From NCBI RefSeq assembly GCF_964188315.1, contig NC_135662.1, positions 86,428,001 to 86,492,000 of the forward strand: a stretch of 64,000 nt of DNA. Reading direction: 5' to 3'. This document shows positions 50,487 through 63,279 of this stretch, piece by piece. The position numbers and the translations under genes are program-made. The DNA is from Podarcis muralis. Taxonomy: Eukaryota. Under the pieces are notes generated by a model. The model was not told the origin of the DNA. It saw only the letters and a list, made by a program, of their open reading frames with translations, and searched no databases. Position 1 is the first letter of the stretch. Each line of letters starts with the position of its first letter.

Positions 50487-53400
50487 CTGCAAGAGAAACA
50501 CAAAGAGAGGTTTAATGCTTCTATTCCTAAAATGAAGCTCAGCTGTAAAATATATACACACATGCACACACAAGCAGAGAACATCATTATATGTTCCGAA
50601 ATACTTCTAAAGAAGCGTGATTGGTTAACATGATAAGAAAATAATCTAAATAATTTTGCAGAAGATAAGACAGTCAGAAACTATCCATGAATAAATGAAG
50701 CATGAAATAAGCTTGAAGGGGCATCATTTAAACCAGAGAACACCAGAACATCAGGATTTTTTTTGGGGGGGGGGGGGAGAGAAGAGCAGAATTAATTGGT
50801 ACTGAGAGAATACCAACATCTGAAATGCTAATAGAATTTCCTAATTTATAATCTTTACTGAAACAGGTCAGTGTTAGGGCTTTGATTTAATGTCTTCTGT
50901 TTCCTTTGATCTTTGGAGCTTTGCAATCTTTTTCGCCCACTGAGATTAAAAATTCCATTTCCCACAACAATAATGATTTCTTTGAAGGTGCAACAGAAGA
51001 CACTCTATCAGAATAGATTGAGCCATGTATTACTTTCCACCCACATTGTTGTATTATTAGAACAATGGACATTTTGTAAATAAAGGAGTACATAAAATGC
51101 CACTATGAGCAGCATGTCTGAATGGCTCTTTGTGATCACAGCTGAAAGACACACTGTGGTTGATGCATGCTGCAAAACTCCAGATATCCTGTCAGTCTCC
51201 TCCATTAATCCTTCAGTAATAATATTCCACACCATTAGAGAGATTTGCGCCCAAACCGTTGTTTATGTGTTTTTTCCTTAAACAAAATGGATAAACATGT
51301 TTTAAGATCAGGATACAAGGGTGTAATCGACATCTTATTCAAGCAACGTCAAAATTAGAATTGATTCGGGTGAATCTGGACTCCTAGAATCCTGCAAATA
51401 AAAAACTATATGCCTGCAATCCAAACCCCACTTGCCTGAGAGTAAGCCCAATTAAATTCAATAGGACTCATTTCTGAGTAGACATAGCTAGGGCTGAGAC
51501 AATGTGTCCTACTACAATAGGAGGATTCCAGCTTTACTGATTATTGATCTGTGAAAGCTAAAGGATTAAAATATACTACTGGTGTCAGTTAAACAAGTTC
51601 ATAAATCTATTTATGTATGTGTAAAATTATCATATATAACAGTAGATAGCATGTATTATATTTCTGTGCAGACTAAATATGCAGAAACAAGCCTCCTCCT
51701 TTGAGTTATTCATTGTGAACACTTACTTCCTCAGTTGCTTCTATAATTTGCAGAGCCAGAGGCTACAATAATCAAACCTTAAATCCTAAATTTAAACACC
51801 TAAATACAGGCAGTTCTTTAAATATATTTTGAGCATCTTCAGCACACACTGAATTAAAAAACCCCACACACACAACCTGTGGTTTTCTGAAGTTTAGAAA
51901 ATGGCACCTGTTTATTTAAGTTTCTAAATGTGGATTTAGACATTCCTAAAATGGTTAAGTTCCTGTCCCCAAGTCTCAAAAAGCTCAAATTTCAGCTATA
52001 TTTCTTTACGAGGTGGCAAAAGCTGGAATGTGAAAGCTGTGTATGATAAGGATTGCAAAACAGAGTGTCATGTGTTGCAAAATACTGCATTCTTTCTGCA
52101 CATAGTATCTTCATAGTGCCAGCAAAATTTAGAAGCAGGAAAGAAGCAAAATTGAAGTAAGAGCAGTTTGTTAAAATTACTGATATGTAAATTTTGTGTT
52201 GTTGCTTTTTCTTAAATAAGCTGAGCCTGCCCCTTTCACCAAGGGCTCACTGCTTCCTGTCCCTTGTGTTAACCCAATGGGAAATTTCCATTTTTAAAAA
52301 TATATTTTTTATTTATATTTTAAAATGTATCAATTACTCACATTATAACACATCCAAATAATTCAGCTAAAAATATACTGTCTCATTTGCAGTCACTCTT
52401 AGCTCCTGCCACTCTTATGGAAAGGGCTGTGCACTTCTGAAATGCCCATTTACTTCAATGGGACTTGCACAGAAGAACTTCCCAGTGAATGATCATAAGA
52501 TGTTTCCCCTAAGGTGCTACTTAAGTGTAACTGTGATGTCACAGAATCATGTATTTATTAGACGTACTTGTTTTAAATGCTTGCAGGCTGCTTTTGGGGC
52601 GAAGATGCAACATGTCAAAATCTAAACATGCTCAAAATGGCAAAGTAACACCAGCAGCTTCACAGTTTTTCCACGATATTACCTTAAGATGGTGATAGAT
52701 CTGGATTTGCCTGACAGTTTTACAGAACTCTGATAATGGTAGCAGTGAGGTGAGTAGGGAGTACTTTTTAAAATGAATCCAGCAACCCTCACCTTTTGAC
52801 CCATATCCTCACCATCACCACCATCACAGTCTCTTTTGCTAAAGGATCCATTAAGCACATCTGTGCAAAACGATGCAGCTAAAGATGCCTCAACATATAC
52901 ACCCATGTGGTCCCATTTCAGTCTCTTCCTTTGAACCTCTGCTCAGAACTAACTTCTTCCATAAAGCCTTTGGTTTAAACCTCTGGCTTTCCTCTCCAGC
53001 TGAGATGAGAGTGGAGTCAAAGTCTGTTCAGATCTGGCTTCTTCCCCAAATGTTTGCTGCACATGTAGAGAAGGTCTGGAAGAGAGCTCGTTTGTAGCTG
53101 CATCTGCTCTCATTCATCCTTCGCTAAACTTGCCTCCCCCTTTTCTCTGACTACATTTAGGTCGAGAGCTTCTTGTGGCAGGGCCATGGGTTGTGCTTTT
53201 CTTTACTCTGTAAAGTGCTGGGCACACGGGTGGCATAATAATAATTCTACTGGGTTTTTAAAAGCCTAACTGACAAGCAACTGTAGCAACCCAAACAGGA
53301 CTGTGGATCCACCTGACCTTATGTCCAGCATAGGGCTACCTAAACGTCCCATCAGCACATGCACAACAGGACTCCCCTTGCCTCTTGCCTCCCCCCGTCC

Positions 53401-53949
53401 CACTCGCTGTGCACCACCTAACTCTGTCTGGAGGTTCCTCAACTCTCTGGAGCAGATTTGGGGAGAGTTTGTGGAGCATGTGGAGAGGAAGAATGGGGGA
53501 GGGAAGGGGGCAGACCCCATTTCACAAGCAGAAATCCTTGCACAGATGGGATTATGTTGGATTATCACCCTATATATTTGTTTTATTGTAATATTTTTAT
53601 ACCACCCTTTAATCATATTCCCAGGAGTCCTTATCAAGAGCAACCACTGCACATGCATTCTCCCCTCACCCCAATTTACCATAGAACATCCTGGGGGTGG
53701 GAGGCAGTTGGAGAGAGTGTAGCATGGAAAGAAATGAAAGCCCTACATGCACCTTGTAAAAAGCATAATAGCTGCAAAATGAAGGAACCCCGGGATGTCA
53801 CCCTCCACAACACACACACATGCATACACACCTCATTTACCTCTTTACACCTAGCAGATGGAAGTCTATGGTAGATAAATATGGTAGATAAATATGGATT
53901 TATGGATTGCAAGCAGAAATGTTTTAAGAATCACTTTAGTGTATCTTAC

Positions 53950-56385
53950 CCCATCAGAGGGACTCTGCAAAACACTGCCTGCCTGCTCAAAGGCAAGCAT
54001 GCTTTCTGCTGTAGTGGAATGACTGAAAGGTTTAACAAAAAAGAATTCGCCCTGTTCAGACATTGGAGAGAGACAAGACTTGTAGTGCTGAGCTCCAGCT
54101 CCGCCCACTTCAAGGTATCTGATAAAGCCTTCGGGATGTGGGCGCCCAGTGAAATTTATGGTGGATTTCCTGTCTGTCCTCTTACTACAGCAGTGTGACA
54201 TGAACCAGCTGGGGACACAGAGGCCAGATCTGAAGCACCTGGCCCCCACAATAACCAACATTACACAAGAGACCAGAGAGATGGCCACAAGAGAGATGAT
54301 AAGGTAGAGAGTTAGGCTGGGGGCTCTGGAAGGTGATTTGGGGAGAAGGTCCAAGGACTTGGAAAAGTCCTGCACAGCATTATCCTCTGAGGAAATCACA
54401 AGAACCAGTGAGGCTGAGAGAGACGGCACTCCATTGTCTCTTACTTCTATCACCAACCTGTGGGACACCCCAGGCTCCCTCAATGCCCGAACAGCCCGGA
54501 TCTCTCCTGAGTGGCGTTCCACTTTGAACGGGGTGGCTTCATTGGCATCCTGAAGCAAACTATATGACAGCCAAGCATTGTGGCCACTGTCAGCATCCAC
54601 AGCCACCACTTTGGTCACCAGGAATCCAGGTTCCACTGGGAGCAGAACTGGCTGGTGAAAGGCAGAGCCCTTGGAGACTTGCGGGTGCACAATCACCGGG
54701 GCGTTGTCGTTCTGGTCCACAACAAACAAGTGAAGAGTGGCTGTGCTGCTCAGGGGTGGGAAACCCGAATCCTTCACCTCCACTGCAACTTGAAAGACTT
54801 TCTCTTGCTCATAGTCAAGCATCCTGGATGTGTAAATGCTGCCATTCTCTTGGTTGATGTGGAAATAGGTCGAAATGGGTAAGCCATGATTTCCATTGTC
54901 CACAATGGAATAAGACAGCTTGGAGTTGACACCTGCATCCGGATCTGAGGCTGACAGAGAAAAAACTAGAGTCCCAGGGGAAGTATTTTCCTCCACATGG
55001 GCAGTGTATGAAGGGATGGAGAAAGTGGGTGCATTGTCATTGACATCTGAGACTTGAATAAATATGTTTTTGTGGGTGGATTTTTGAGGCATTCCAGAAT
55101 CTGTTGCTTTAATTGTGATATTATATCCAGCAGCCTTCTCTCGGTCCAGGGGCCCATTGGTCACCAGTGAATAATGTCCCTTAAAGGAAGACACCAGTTT
55201 GAACGGGATGTGCCTGGTAATCTCCAAGTGGACTTGCCCATTTTCCTCAGAGTCGTTGTCCTTTGCTTGGATCAGGGCAATGACTGTTCCTGTGGGTGCA
55301 TCTTCTTGCACTGGGCTAGAGAGGGAAGTCAGCATAATCTCAGGGCGGTTGTCATTGACATCAACAAGTTCCACTCTGATGTTGCAGTGACCCTCCATGG
55401 CAGGGGACCCCTTGTCTTTTATGTAGATAGCTATCTCGTAAGCATTCGCTTCTTCATAGTCCAGCAGAGCTTTGGTCCTGATCTCCCCTGTCTGGGGATC
55501 TAAGCTAAATAAGTCAAGGAGCTTCAGAGGTGCGCTATTGCTGGCTTTGAGGAAATACTCCATCTCTCCATTGGGACCTTCATCTAAGTCCGTAACATTG
55601 AGCTTAGTTACGACAGTCCCCACCTGGACGTTTTCCTCCAAATAAACTTTGGACACTGGCGGGTCACACACAGGGGGGTTGTCATTTGCATCCAGGACGT
55701 GGACTGTCACCTGGGCAGTCCCAGACTGAACAGGATTCCCACTGTCCAGAGCTGTCAGGACTAAGTGATGGACAGCGGCTTTTTCCCTGTCTAGAAGCTT
55801 CTCCAGCACAATTTCGGGCATTTTGACCCCGTCCCCCCTGACGTTAATGCTCAAGGCAAAATGTTCGCTTGGGCTAAGCTCATAGGTGGCAATGGAGTTG
55901 GAGCCCGTGTCCGGGTCTTCGGCGGCTTCCAGGCGCAAGCGGGTGCCCGGGTTGGCCACCTCGGTGATTTCCAAGGAAACCCTGTCCTTCGGGAACTTGG
56001 GGGCGTTGTCGTTCACGTCCAGGATCTCCACCTCCACCCGGTGGAGCTGCAGGGGGTTCTCCAGCACCAGCTGGAGAGGGAAGGAGCACGTGGGGCTGGA
56101 GCTGCACAGAGCTTCGCGGTCCAGCCTCTCGTGGACCAGCAACATGCCGTCGGCGAGGTTGACATGGAAGTAGTGGCGCATCCCGTCGCTGACCAGCTGC
56201 AGGCGGCGAGCGGACAAGCTCCGCACGTCCACGCCTAGGTCCTTCGCCACGTTCCCCACGGAAGAGCCTGGGTCCCGGTCCTCTGGGATGGAGTAGCGAA
56301 TCTGCGCGGGGATGAGCCCTGGCAGGGACAAGACGGCAGCCACCAGCGCCAGCAGCTGCCACGACCAGCTCTGCCCGCCGCCCAT
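53950..56385 (-). CDS. Last protocadherin-gamma variable exon (C-type-like); 812 codons from ATG at 56385
   Basis: ORF MGGGQSWSWQLLALV...QIRYSIPED has six cadherin repeats, TM LTLYLIISLVAISLVSCVMLVIVGA, and a phase-0 donor GGG|GTAAGA. The ORF track starts at an upstream TTG. Confidence 0.9.
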
Positions 56386-57000
56386 GCCTGGCTCCTTTGC
56401 GCGCAAGGATGGCCGTCTCCAGCGGCTGCCTCTGCTCCAGGTATCCAGCCCGGGGGTGGCCGCCGCTGCCTCCGGACCCCGCCGCAGTCCGGTGCCCCCC
56501 GCCCCGCCCCCCAGGTCTGCTCCTGGCGGCTCCGGGGTGACCTGAGAGGTGCTGTGCAGCGGAAAGGCGCGGGCTGCAGCTGGAGAGGCGGGAGGGGGGG
56601 AGCGGGGGGATTTTAAAGCGCTCGGATCAGCAGCAGCTCATTGGCAAAAGGAGCAGCAGAGAAAAGGGGCTGTGAAATGGATACAGACAAGCGGCAATTC
56701 CCTCCTCGGCGGCGGCGGCGGCAGCAGCAGCAGCGAAGCCCCCTCCCCGAAACGCACACACACCCTGCTGCTCCCCCCTCCCCAATCTCTCTTGCCACCA
56801 GTTTTCCCTCCCTGCGCTTCCCATTCCTTTCCCAGCGCAGCAGAGAGATTTGGAGGGCTGACCCAAGGGAGCCATTGGCCAGAAGAGCTCCCTTGATGCC
56901 CCTTTGGTGGAAAAGCAGGAATCGAAGGTGCAGAACGCAGACAGGGCGAGCTGCTGACGGCAGCTGTAACTCCAGGAGCGGGGAGGGGGCTACTCTACCC
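55850..57000 (-). promoter_or_regulatory. CpG-island promoter of the last variable exon; CCAAT box 56636-56645, TTTAAA 56612-56617, (CGG)5(CAG)4 at 56707-56733
   Basis: High CpG density extends into EC1-EC2 coding sequence, and the motifs are read directly. Confidence 0.75.
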
Positions 57001-57249
57001 TCCTGCAACCTCTTCGCTTCAATCCCCTCCCCCCTCCCCCTCCCCCCGCTCATAAAGAAAGAGAGGAAAATTAGGCACACAAAGCTTTGGAGCAGATAGG
57101 TGCAATGTATCACAGTCTATGCTTGAGACCACGCATTGATTCCTCACCCCCACCCCAGGCACTTCTCCTAGGTGCAGGGAAACTCAAAAGAAAAGAGAGG
57201 TGGTGCCATGGCTGGAACAAAATAGGGACACTACATGGAAAATTCTCAC

Positions 57250-59688
57250 CTTGCCAAAGAAGCTGGGTTCAGTGAGATTGCTGCAAGAGGCTGTCCTAAG
57301 TGTCAAATTAGGTTTCATGAATACAAATTCGCTAATGTCTGAGACAGGAGAAAAGCAGGATCTGTATCCGCGGGCAGGGGGTCCAGAAGTGGCCACTTGC
57401 ACTCCTATCATGGCATCTCCAGGGCTCAGCTGATAATGGCAATGTCCCATCACGTGATCTGAAGCATCTTGAAGCCCACCAGCTTTGCTTCCACAGCATC
57501 CAAAGATGGTAGATGTTGCACGTGAATCACGGCGGAGGCATCGAACTCCCAAGGCCACCAAAGCCATCAGCGAGATGGTGGAAATTGCTGCCAAGGAGAT
57601 GATAAGGTACACAGTCAATGTGGGAGGTCCCTCAGTTTCCACTGAGTGAGCTGTTAACCCCAGAAAGGTTTCAGGGCTGCTCTCCTCCAAGAGCACCATC
57701 ACAGTGACTGAGGTGGACAAGGAAGGATCACCTGAGTCTTTGACAACCAGGACAAGGTCCTGGGTAGGATTGTCTATGTCCTGTAATGCTCGCGTGGTCC
57801 TCACCTCCCCGCTACGGAGGGCCATGCTGAAAATACCAGGGTCTGTGGCTTGCTCTACATGGTAAGAGAGCCAAGCATTTCGCCCAGAGTCCAAGTCCAC
57901 TGCCATAATTTTTGTGATTAAGGCATTGGCTGCAGTAGATCGTGGAATTCTGAACTGTACAACAGAATCTTTCCCAGTAAAGGGGAATCGAATCCAGGGT
58001 GCATTGTCATTCTGATCTAGGAGGTAGATGTGCACCATGATTCTGTTGCAGAGAGGAGGGGTGCCACCATCACATGCCTCCACCAGGAATTGAAAATGAT
58101 TTGTATGCTCGTAATCAAAAGGGCTCTCTGCAAAGACATCTCCATTTGTTGGGTTGATGGAGACATAAGAGGTGAGGTCCTCAATCAATCCTTGCCCTGG
58201 GCTCGCCAAAACAGAATAAGACAAACGGGAGTTCTGGTCCTTATCAGAATCTGTTGCAGAAACTCTAAGCAGTACCACTCCCACTGGATTGTTCTCTTCT
58301 ATGACGGCTTCATAAAATGGCCTGTCAAAATGAGGTGGGTTGTCATTGACATCTGCCAGAGTTATGGAGAAAGAGGTGTGCTCAGAAAGAGGTGGATTCC
58401 CCAAGTCAAAGGCATAGATGGTGACGTTGTATTGCGGAGTGCTCTCACGATCTAGCTGCTCACTTGTGAGCAAGGAATACTGGTGCTCAAAGTCTTTCCG
58501 AAGTTTGAAAGGAAGGTTTCTGGGCAGATCACACCGGACTTTCCCTTGATCCCCAGAGTCTCTATCCTTGACATGTATCACAGCAACCACAGTGCCAGGA
58601 GGCGCATCTTCACCCATAGAGCTGGAGAAAGAGGTGAGAATAACTTCAGGTGCATTGTCGTTGACATCCGTGACTTCTACCATAACACTGCAGTGTTCCT
58701 CCATAGTAGGGGAGCCCATGTCCTTAGCCTCCACTTCAATCTCATAGACATTAGCCTCTTCAAAATCCAGGCTCCCTTGGACACGGATCTCTCCCGTAGT
58801 CTCATTGATAGCAAATATCCTGCGCAAGGCTTCTGAGTTATGGCTGCTGAGGGAATACTGCACCTCTCCATTAGGCCCTTCGTCCAAGTCTGTTGCGTTC
58901 AGCTTAATCACCAGAGTTCCCGGAGGAGAGTTTTCTACTAAGCGGGTATAATAAGTAGGTTTGTCAAAAACCGGATGATTATCATTGGCATCCAGAATGT
59001 GGACAGCAATTCGAATAGCGCTAGATTTGGGTGATATGCCCCCATCTTCAGCTGTCAGGACCAAGTGGTGGACAGCGATGTGCTCCCTGTCCAGGGGTTT
59101 CTCCAGCACTAGCTCTGGGAATTTGGTGCCATCTGTACGTGCCTTCACGTTGAGGTTGAAGTTCTCATTGGCGCTGAGGTGGTAGGTCTGCAAAGTGTTA
59201 GTTCCTACATCTGAATCCTGTGCGTGTGGGATGGGGAAACGGGCACCCAGTGCAGCCAGTTCATAGATCTGCAGAGATATTGTGCTACTTGAGAACACAG
59301 GCGCATTGTCGTTGATATCCAGAATCTCCACTTCGATGCGATAGAACTCCACTGGGTTTTCAATAGCAAGTTTGAGATGCAAGAAACAGCGCAGGTTCTG
59401 CCCACAGAGCTGCTCCCTGTCTATTCTGTCATTGACTATTATGATTCCAGTGTTCACATTCACAGAGAAATACTGGGAGTCAGAATCAGAAAGCACCTGC
59501 AGATTGGCAGCTGCAAGCTTTGTCACATCCATTCCTAAGTCCTTAGCAACATTTCCTACAAAGGCTCCTCGAGTGAGTTCCTCTGGGACAGAGTAACGGA
59601 TCTGTGCAAAACAGTCACTCAGAAACAGACAGAAGGCAAAGGCATGCACGAGTCCCAAACGCCAGGCAGAGTTTTCTGTTCTGAGCAT
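57250..59688 (-). CDS. Additional protocadherin-gamma variable exon (C-type-like) 3' of gamma-C5; 813 codons from ATG at 59688
   Basis: ORF MLRTENSAWRLGL...QIRYSVPEE has six cadherin repeats, TM LTVYLIISLAAISTISLMALVALGV, and a phase-0 donor AAG|GTGAGA. The ORF track starts at an upstream GTG. It does not match recalled human C3, C4 or C5. Confidence 0.9.
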
Positions 59689-59689
59689 C

Positions 59690-60050
59690 TTTCTGAAATC
59701 CACAGCAGGAAGCTCTAAAACTGCAAAACAGGAGCTAAATATAGCAGGCAGTATCTCTTTAAACCTCTGGAGGATTCACCACCTATCTCGAAGAAATATG
59801 AAATATATGAGAGGAAAAGGGTCTGTGGTCAGTGTTTACCTCTCTCATTCATTGTTTTGGTTTGAGAGAGATTGACACAGGAGGGGAGTGGTACACACCG
59901 CAGATCTTCAATGCTAACCTCCTGCTCATTGGCTGAGACTGCCTTTCTATTTATCCAATCAGCAGCCTCCTTCCCAGGACAGCAACACACGCACCAATCC
60001 AAGTCTGGAAGTTGCTACTGTGTGAAAAAGGACCGCGTAACCTGCTGTTT
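59690..60050 (-). promoter_or_regulatory. Putative promoter of the middle variable exon with three CCAAT boxes
   Basis: GCCAATGAGC on the minus strand at 59924-59933, plus-strand CCAAT near 59953 and 59995, all upstream of the ATG. Confidence 0.6.
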
Positions 60051-60828
60051 TTAACCTAGAGACACCAGGCTAAACGGCAGACAATGGAAAACAAAGCCCA
60101 AAATCTTGTCTGGTTTTGGCTTCTGTGCTAGCTATAGGACTCTTAGAAGCATACGCTGCAAAGAAATGTTTGCTCTAAAAGCACACTGACTCCTCACGTA
60201 TTACATCCACAACAGAACAGCTGATTTGTCATTTTTATGAGCAAAGATAATTCAATGAATTTTAGGAAACAATAGTTCCTCTTACCCCATCCTAAGCTTC
60301 CAGATCAATCTCTTTTAGTTATTTCTAGGTTACCAAATTAATATCTAGCTTTATTTACCGGTATTTCAGAAGCCTTAGACTCCACCCTTCCAATGTAAAA
60401 ACTCAAGGGAGTGATTGGTTTTTCTTAGAGAAAGAAATCTAATTGTACGGGGGGCGGGGGGCGGGGAGAGACTTAGCAGTTGCAAAAATACAAAAAGCTA
60501 ACTTTGTGACAGGCAGCATTTGAAGGATGGTTTTAAATTATCATTTTCTTATTGTTCACATCCTAGTTCCAGTCCCTGCTCCCCTACCCACTTCCTCTCA
60601 TTAAAAGGCAGCAATTTCTGGGAAGAAATCAATGTAATTCCCCCCCCCCCTCTCCTGCTCTCTCTTTCCCAAGGCGTTATGACTATGTGGTGCAGGGTTA
60701 GGTTATGAAGAAGGAGGCCCCACCCTATTCTGATAACTGATGAATCAGCCCTCAGTCAAGTTTCAAAGTGTTACTGGAGACACCAGTTTCATGTGGGAAA
60801 GGAGAAAAAGGACAAAATGTCACCTCAC

Positions 60829-63279
60829 CTGCCTGGGACGGTTCAGTGTATCAGTATGAGATAAGAAAGTATCAAAGTCTCTCGTCAGAGTACTTGGTTG
60901 AGGATAATCCACAGGCCTCATAAAGGTGAAATCACTTCTGTCCGAGCCGGGAGAATAGCTGGCTCTATAGCACTGGCTCTGGGAGTCTGTGGGCCTGAGT
61001 GTGACCTCCATGTATTTCAATGTGCCATCTGAGTTCAGTTGAAGCTTAGGGCTGGATTGTTTGAAAACATCCCTGGCAGGAGCACCACTCAGGCTGCAGC
61101 AAGAAGAACCCCTGGCTTTTTTATTCCGAAAGCATTTTGCAGACAGGATTATGAACGTAACGAGGGACACAATGCTAACTGCCACCAGCGCAATAATCAG
61201 ATAGAGGGTCAGGTCAGATTTTTCTTTGGGGTGAGTCAGGAAATCAAGAGACTGGGGCCTTTCCTCAGTTACTTTATCCTCCAATGAGACCACGATGGTG
61301 ACGGTGGTAGACAAAGGTGGTTCTCCATTGTCCTTCACTAGTACAAGGATTTTCTGTGCCGGGAGATCTGTTTCCTGGAACTCCCGAACAGTCCAAATTT
61401 CCCCAGTGTAGGGAGCCACTCGGAACAAGGAGGGGTCAGTAGACTGGGAAAGCAAGGAGTAAGAGAGCCAGGCATTGTGGCCAGAGTCTGCATCCACGGC
61501 AGTGACTTTGGTGACCACGTAGCCTGCCGACGCAGACTGAGGGATCCTCTGGATTGCAGACAGTTCCCGACCAGTCACTGGGTGCAAAACAACAGGCGTG
61601 TTATCATTCTGATCCATTATGAAGAGGTAGACAGTGACACTGGAGCTCAGTTGGGGTGACCCAGCATCATGCACCATGATGGGGATTTGCAGCACCTGCA
61701 GCATTTCATAGTCAAAAGAGTGCTGGGCATAGACATTCCCATTGTCTGGGTTGACGTAAATGAAAGACGAGACTGGAGCATCTTGAATGGGGCTTCCTGC
61801 CACTGAGTACGTGAGCCGGGAATTGTCCCCCTCGTCAGGATCAGAGGCAACCACAGTGCATAGCAGAGAGCCAGGGGGATTGTTCTCCTTCAAGAAGGAG
61901 TTGTAGAAGGGTTGAGAGAAGTATGGGGCATTGTCATTAACATCTGAAATGTTCAGCAAGATGGTGACGTCTGTGGTTAGAGGTGGGGACCCTGAATCTT
62001 GGGCCGTCAACTTGATAGTGTATCGAGAAACTGTTTCTCTATCCAGCTTCTCAGAGGTAATCAAAGAATAGTGGTTTTCAAAAGATTTAATTTTAAAGGG
62101 CAAGTTTGGTGATATTTGTAAGCTCACCTTTCCATTGGCACCTGAATCTTGGTCTCGCACATTGAAAAGCCCTACCACTGTCTCTAAAGGGGTGTTTTCT
62201 GGCACGGGGTTTACCAGAGAGGTAAGGAGAACCTCTGGGGGGTGGTCGTTCTCGTCTTCAACTTCCATTTGGATTACACAATGGCCTTCCATTTGAGGAA
62301 TGCCCTTGTCCCTGGCCCTTACATGAAGCTCATAAAAATGAGATTCTTCGAAATCCACAACTCCTTGGACACGGATCTCACCTGTGTGGGGATCCAAGCC
62401 AAACAACTTCTGGATGGAATCAGGTGTGTGGATTCCAAAGGAATACTGTATTTCCCCATTAGAACCTGCATCAGGGTCAGTTGCATTAAGTCTGAAAAGC
62501 AAAGAGCCTACAGGGATGTTCTCCGGAAATCTTATCTTGTACAAAGGAAGGTCAAATGCAGGCTCATTATCATTATTATCCAGGACCTCAATGGTGATCA
62601 GAGCTGTTCCTGACAGTACAGGATCCCCCCCATCACAGGCAGTCAGGATGAGCTGGTGTTCCGATTGTTGCTCTCGGTCCAAAGGTTGCTCTAGAACCAG
62701 CTCAGGTAAAAGCTTGCCGTCGTTCACATTCTTTACATTAAGTGAGAAGTGGGGGTTGGGGCTGAGTCGGTAGACACTGACTGCATTGGTCCCCACGTCC
62801 GCATCATGAGCGCTCTCCAGTGGAAAGCGAGACCCTGTGGCGGCAGACTCTGCTATCCTCAGCACAAGCTTGGGGGTGAGGAAACCGGGGGAATTGTCAT
62901 TTAAGTCCAGGATCTCTACCTCCAGGTGAAAGAGCTCCAAGGGGTTTTCTATGACTACTTGGACTGGCAAAATGCACCCCGAGCTTGCTCCACACAGGGT
63001 CTCTCGGTCTATCTTTTCATTCACTATCAGAGCACCGTTGGCCAAGCTAACTGCAAAGTACCTCTTGCTCTCCTCAGAGCCCAGCCTCAGCCTGCGACGG
63101 GAAAGGTCTGCCACCGTTAAGCCCAAGTCCTGAGCCACCTTTCCCACCAAGGTGCCCAGCTCCGATTCCTCCACCACGGAATAGTGGATCTGTCCTGTAA
63201 CCAACGCCCGGCTGAAGAGCAAAAACAAACCCAGTACTTGCCATTTGAAAGAGGGTTGCCGGGACAAATGTGGCTCCAT
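60829..63279 (-). CDS. PCDHGC5: Protocadherin gamma-C5 variable exon (signal peptide, EC1-EC6, TM, variable cytoplasmic domain; 817 codons, phase-0 donor)
   Basis: ORF MEPHLSRQPSFKWQVL... has six cadherin repeats (DRE, DxNDN motifs) and EC1 C-X5-C. The cytoplasmic segment KQSSPKLQLNSDGTLKYMEVTLRPTDSQSQCYR closely matches recalled mammalian gamma-C5. It ends CAG|GTGAGG in phase 0. Confidence 0.95.
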
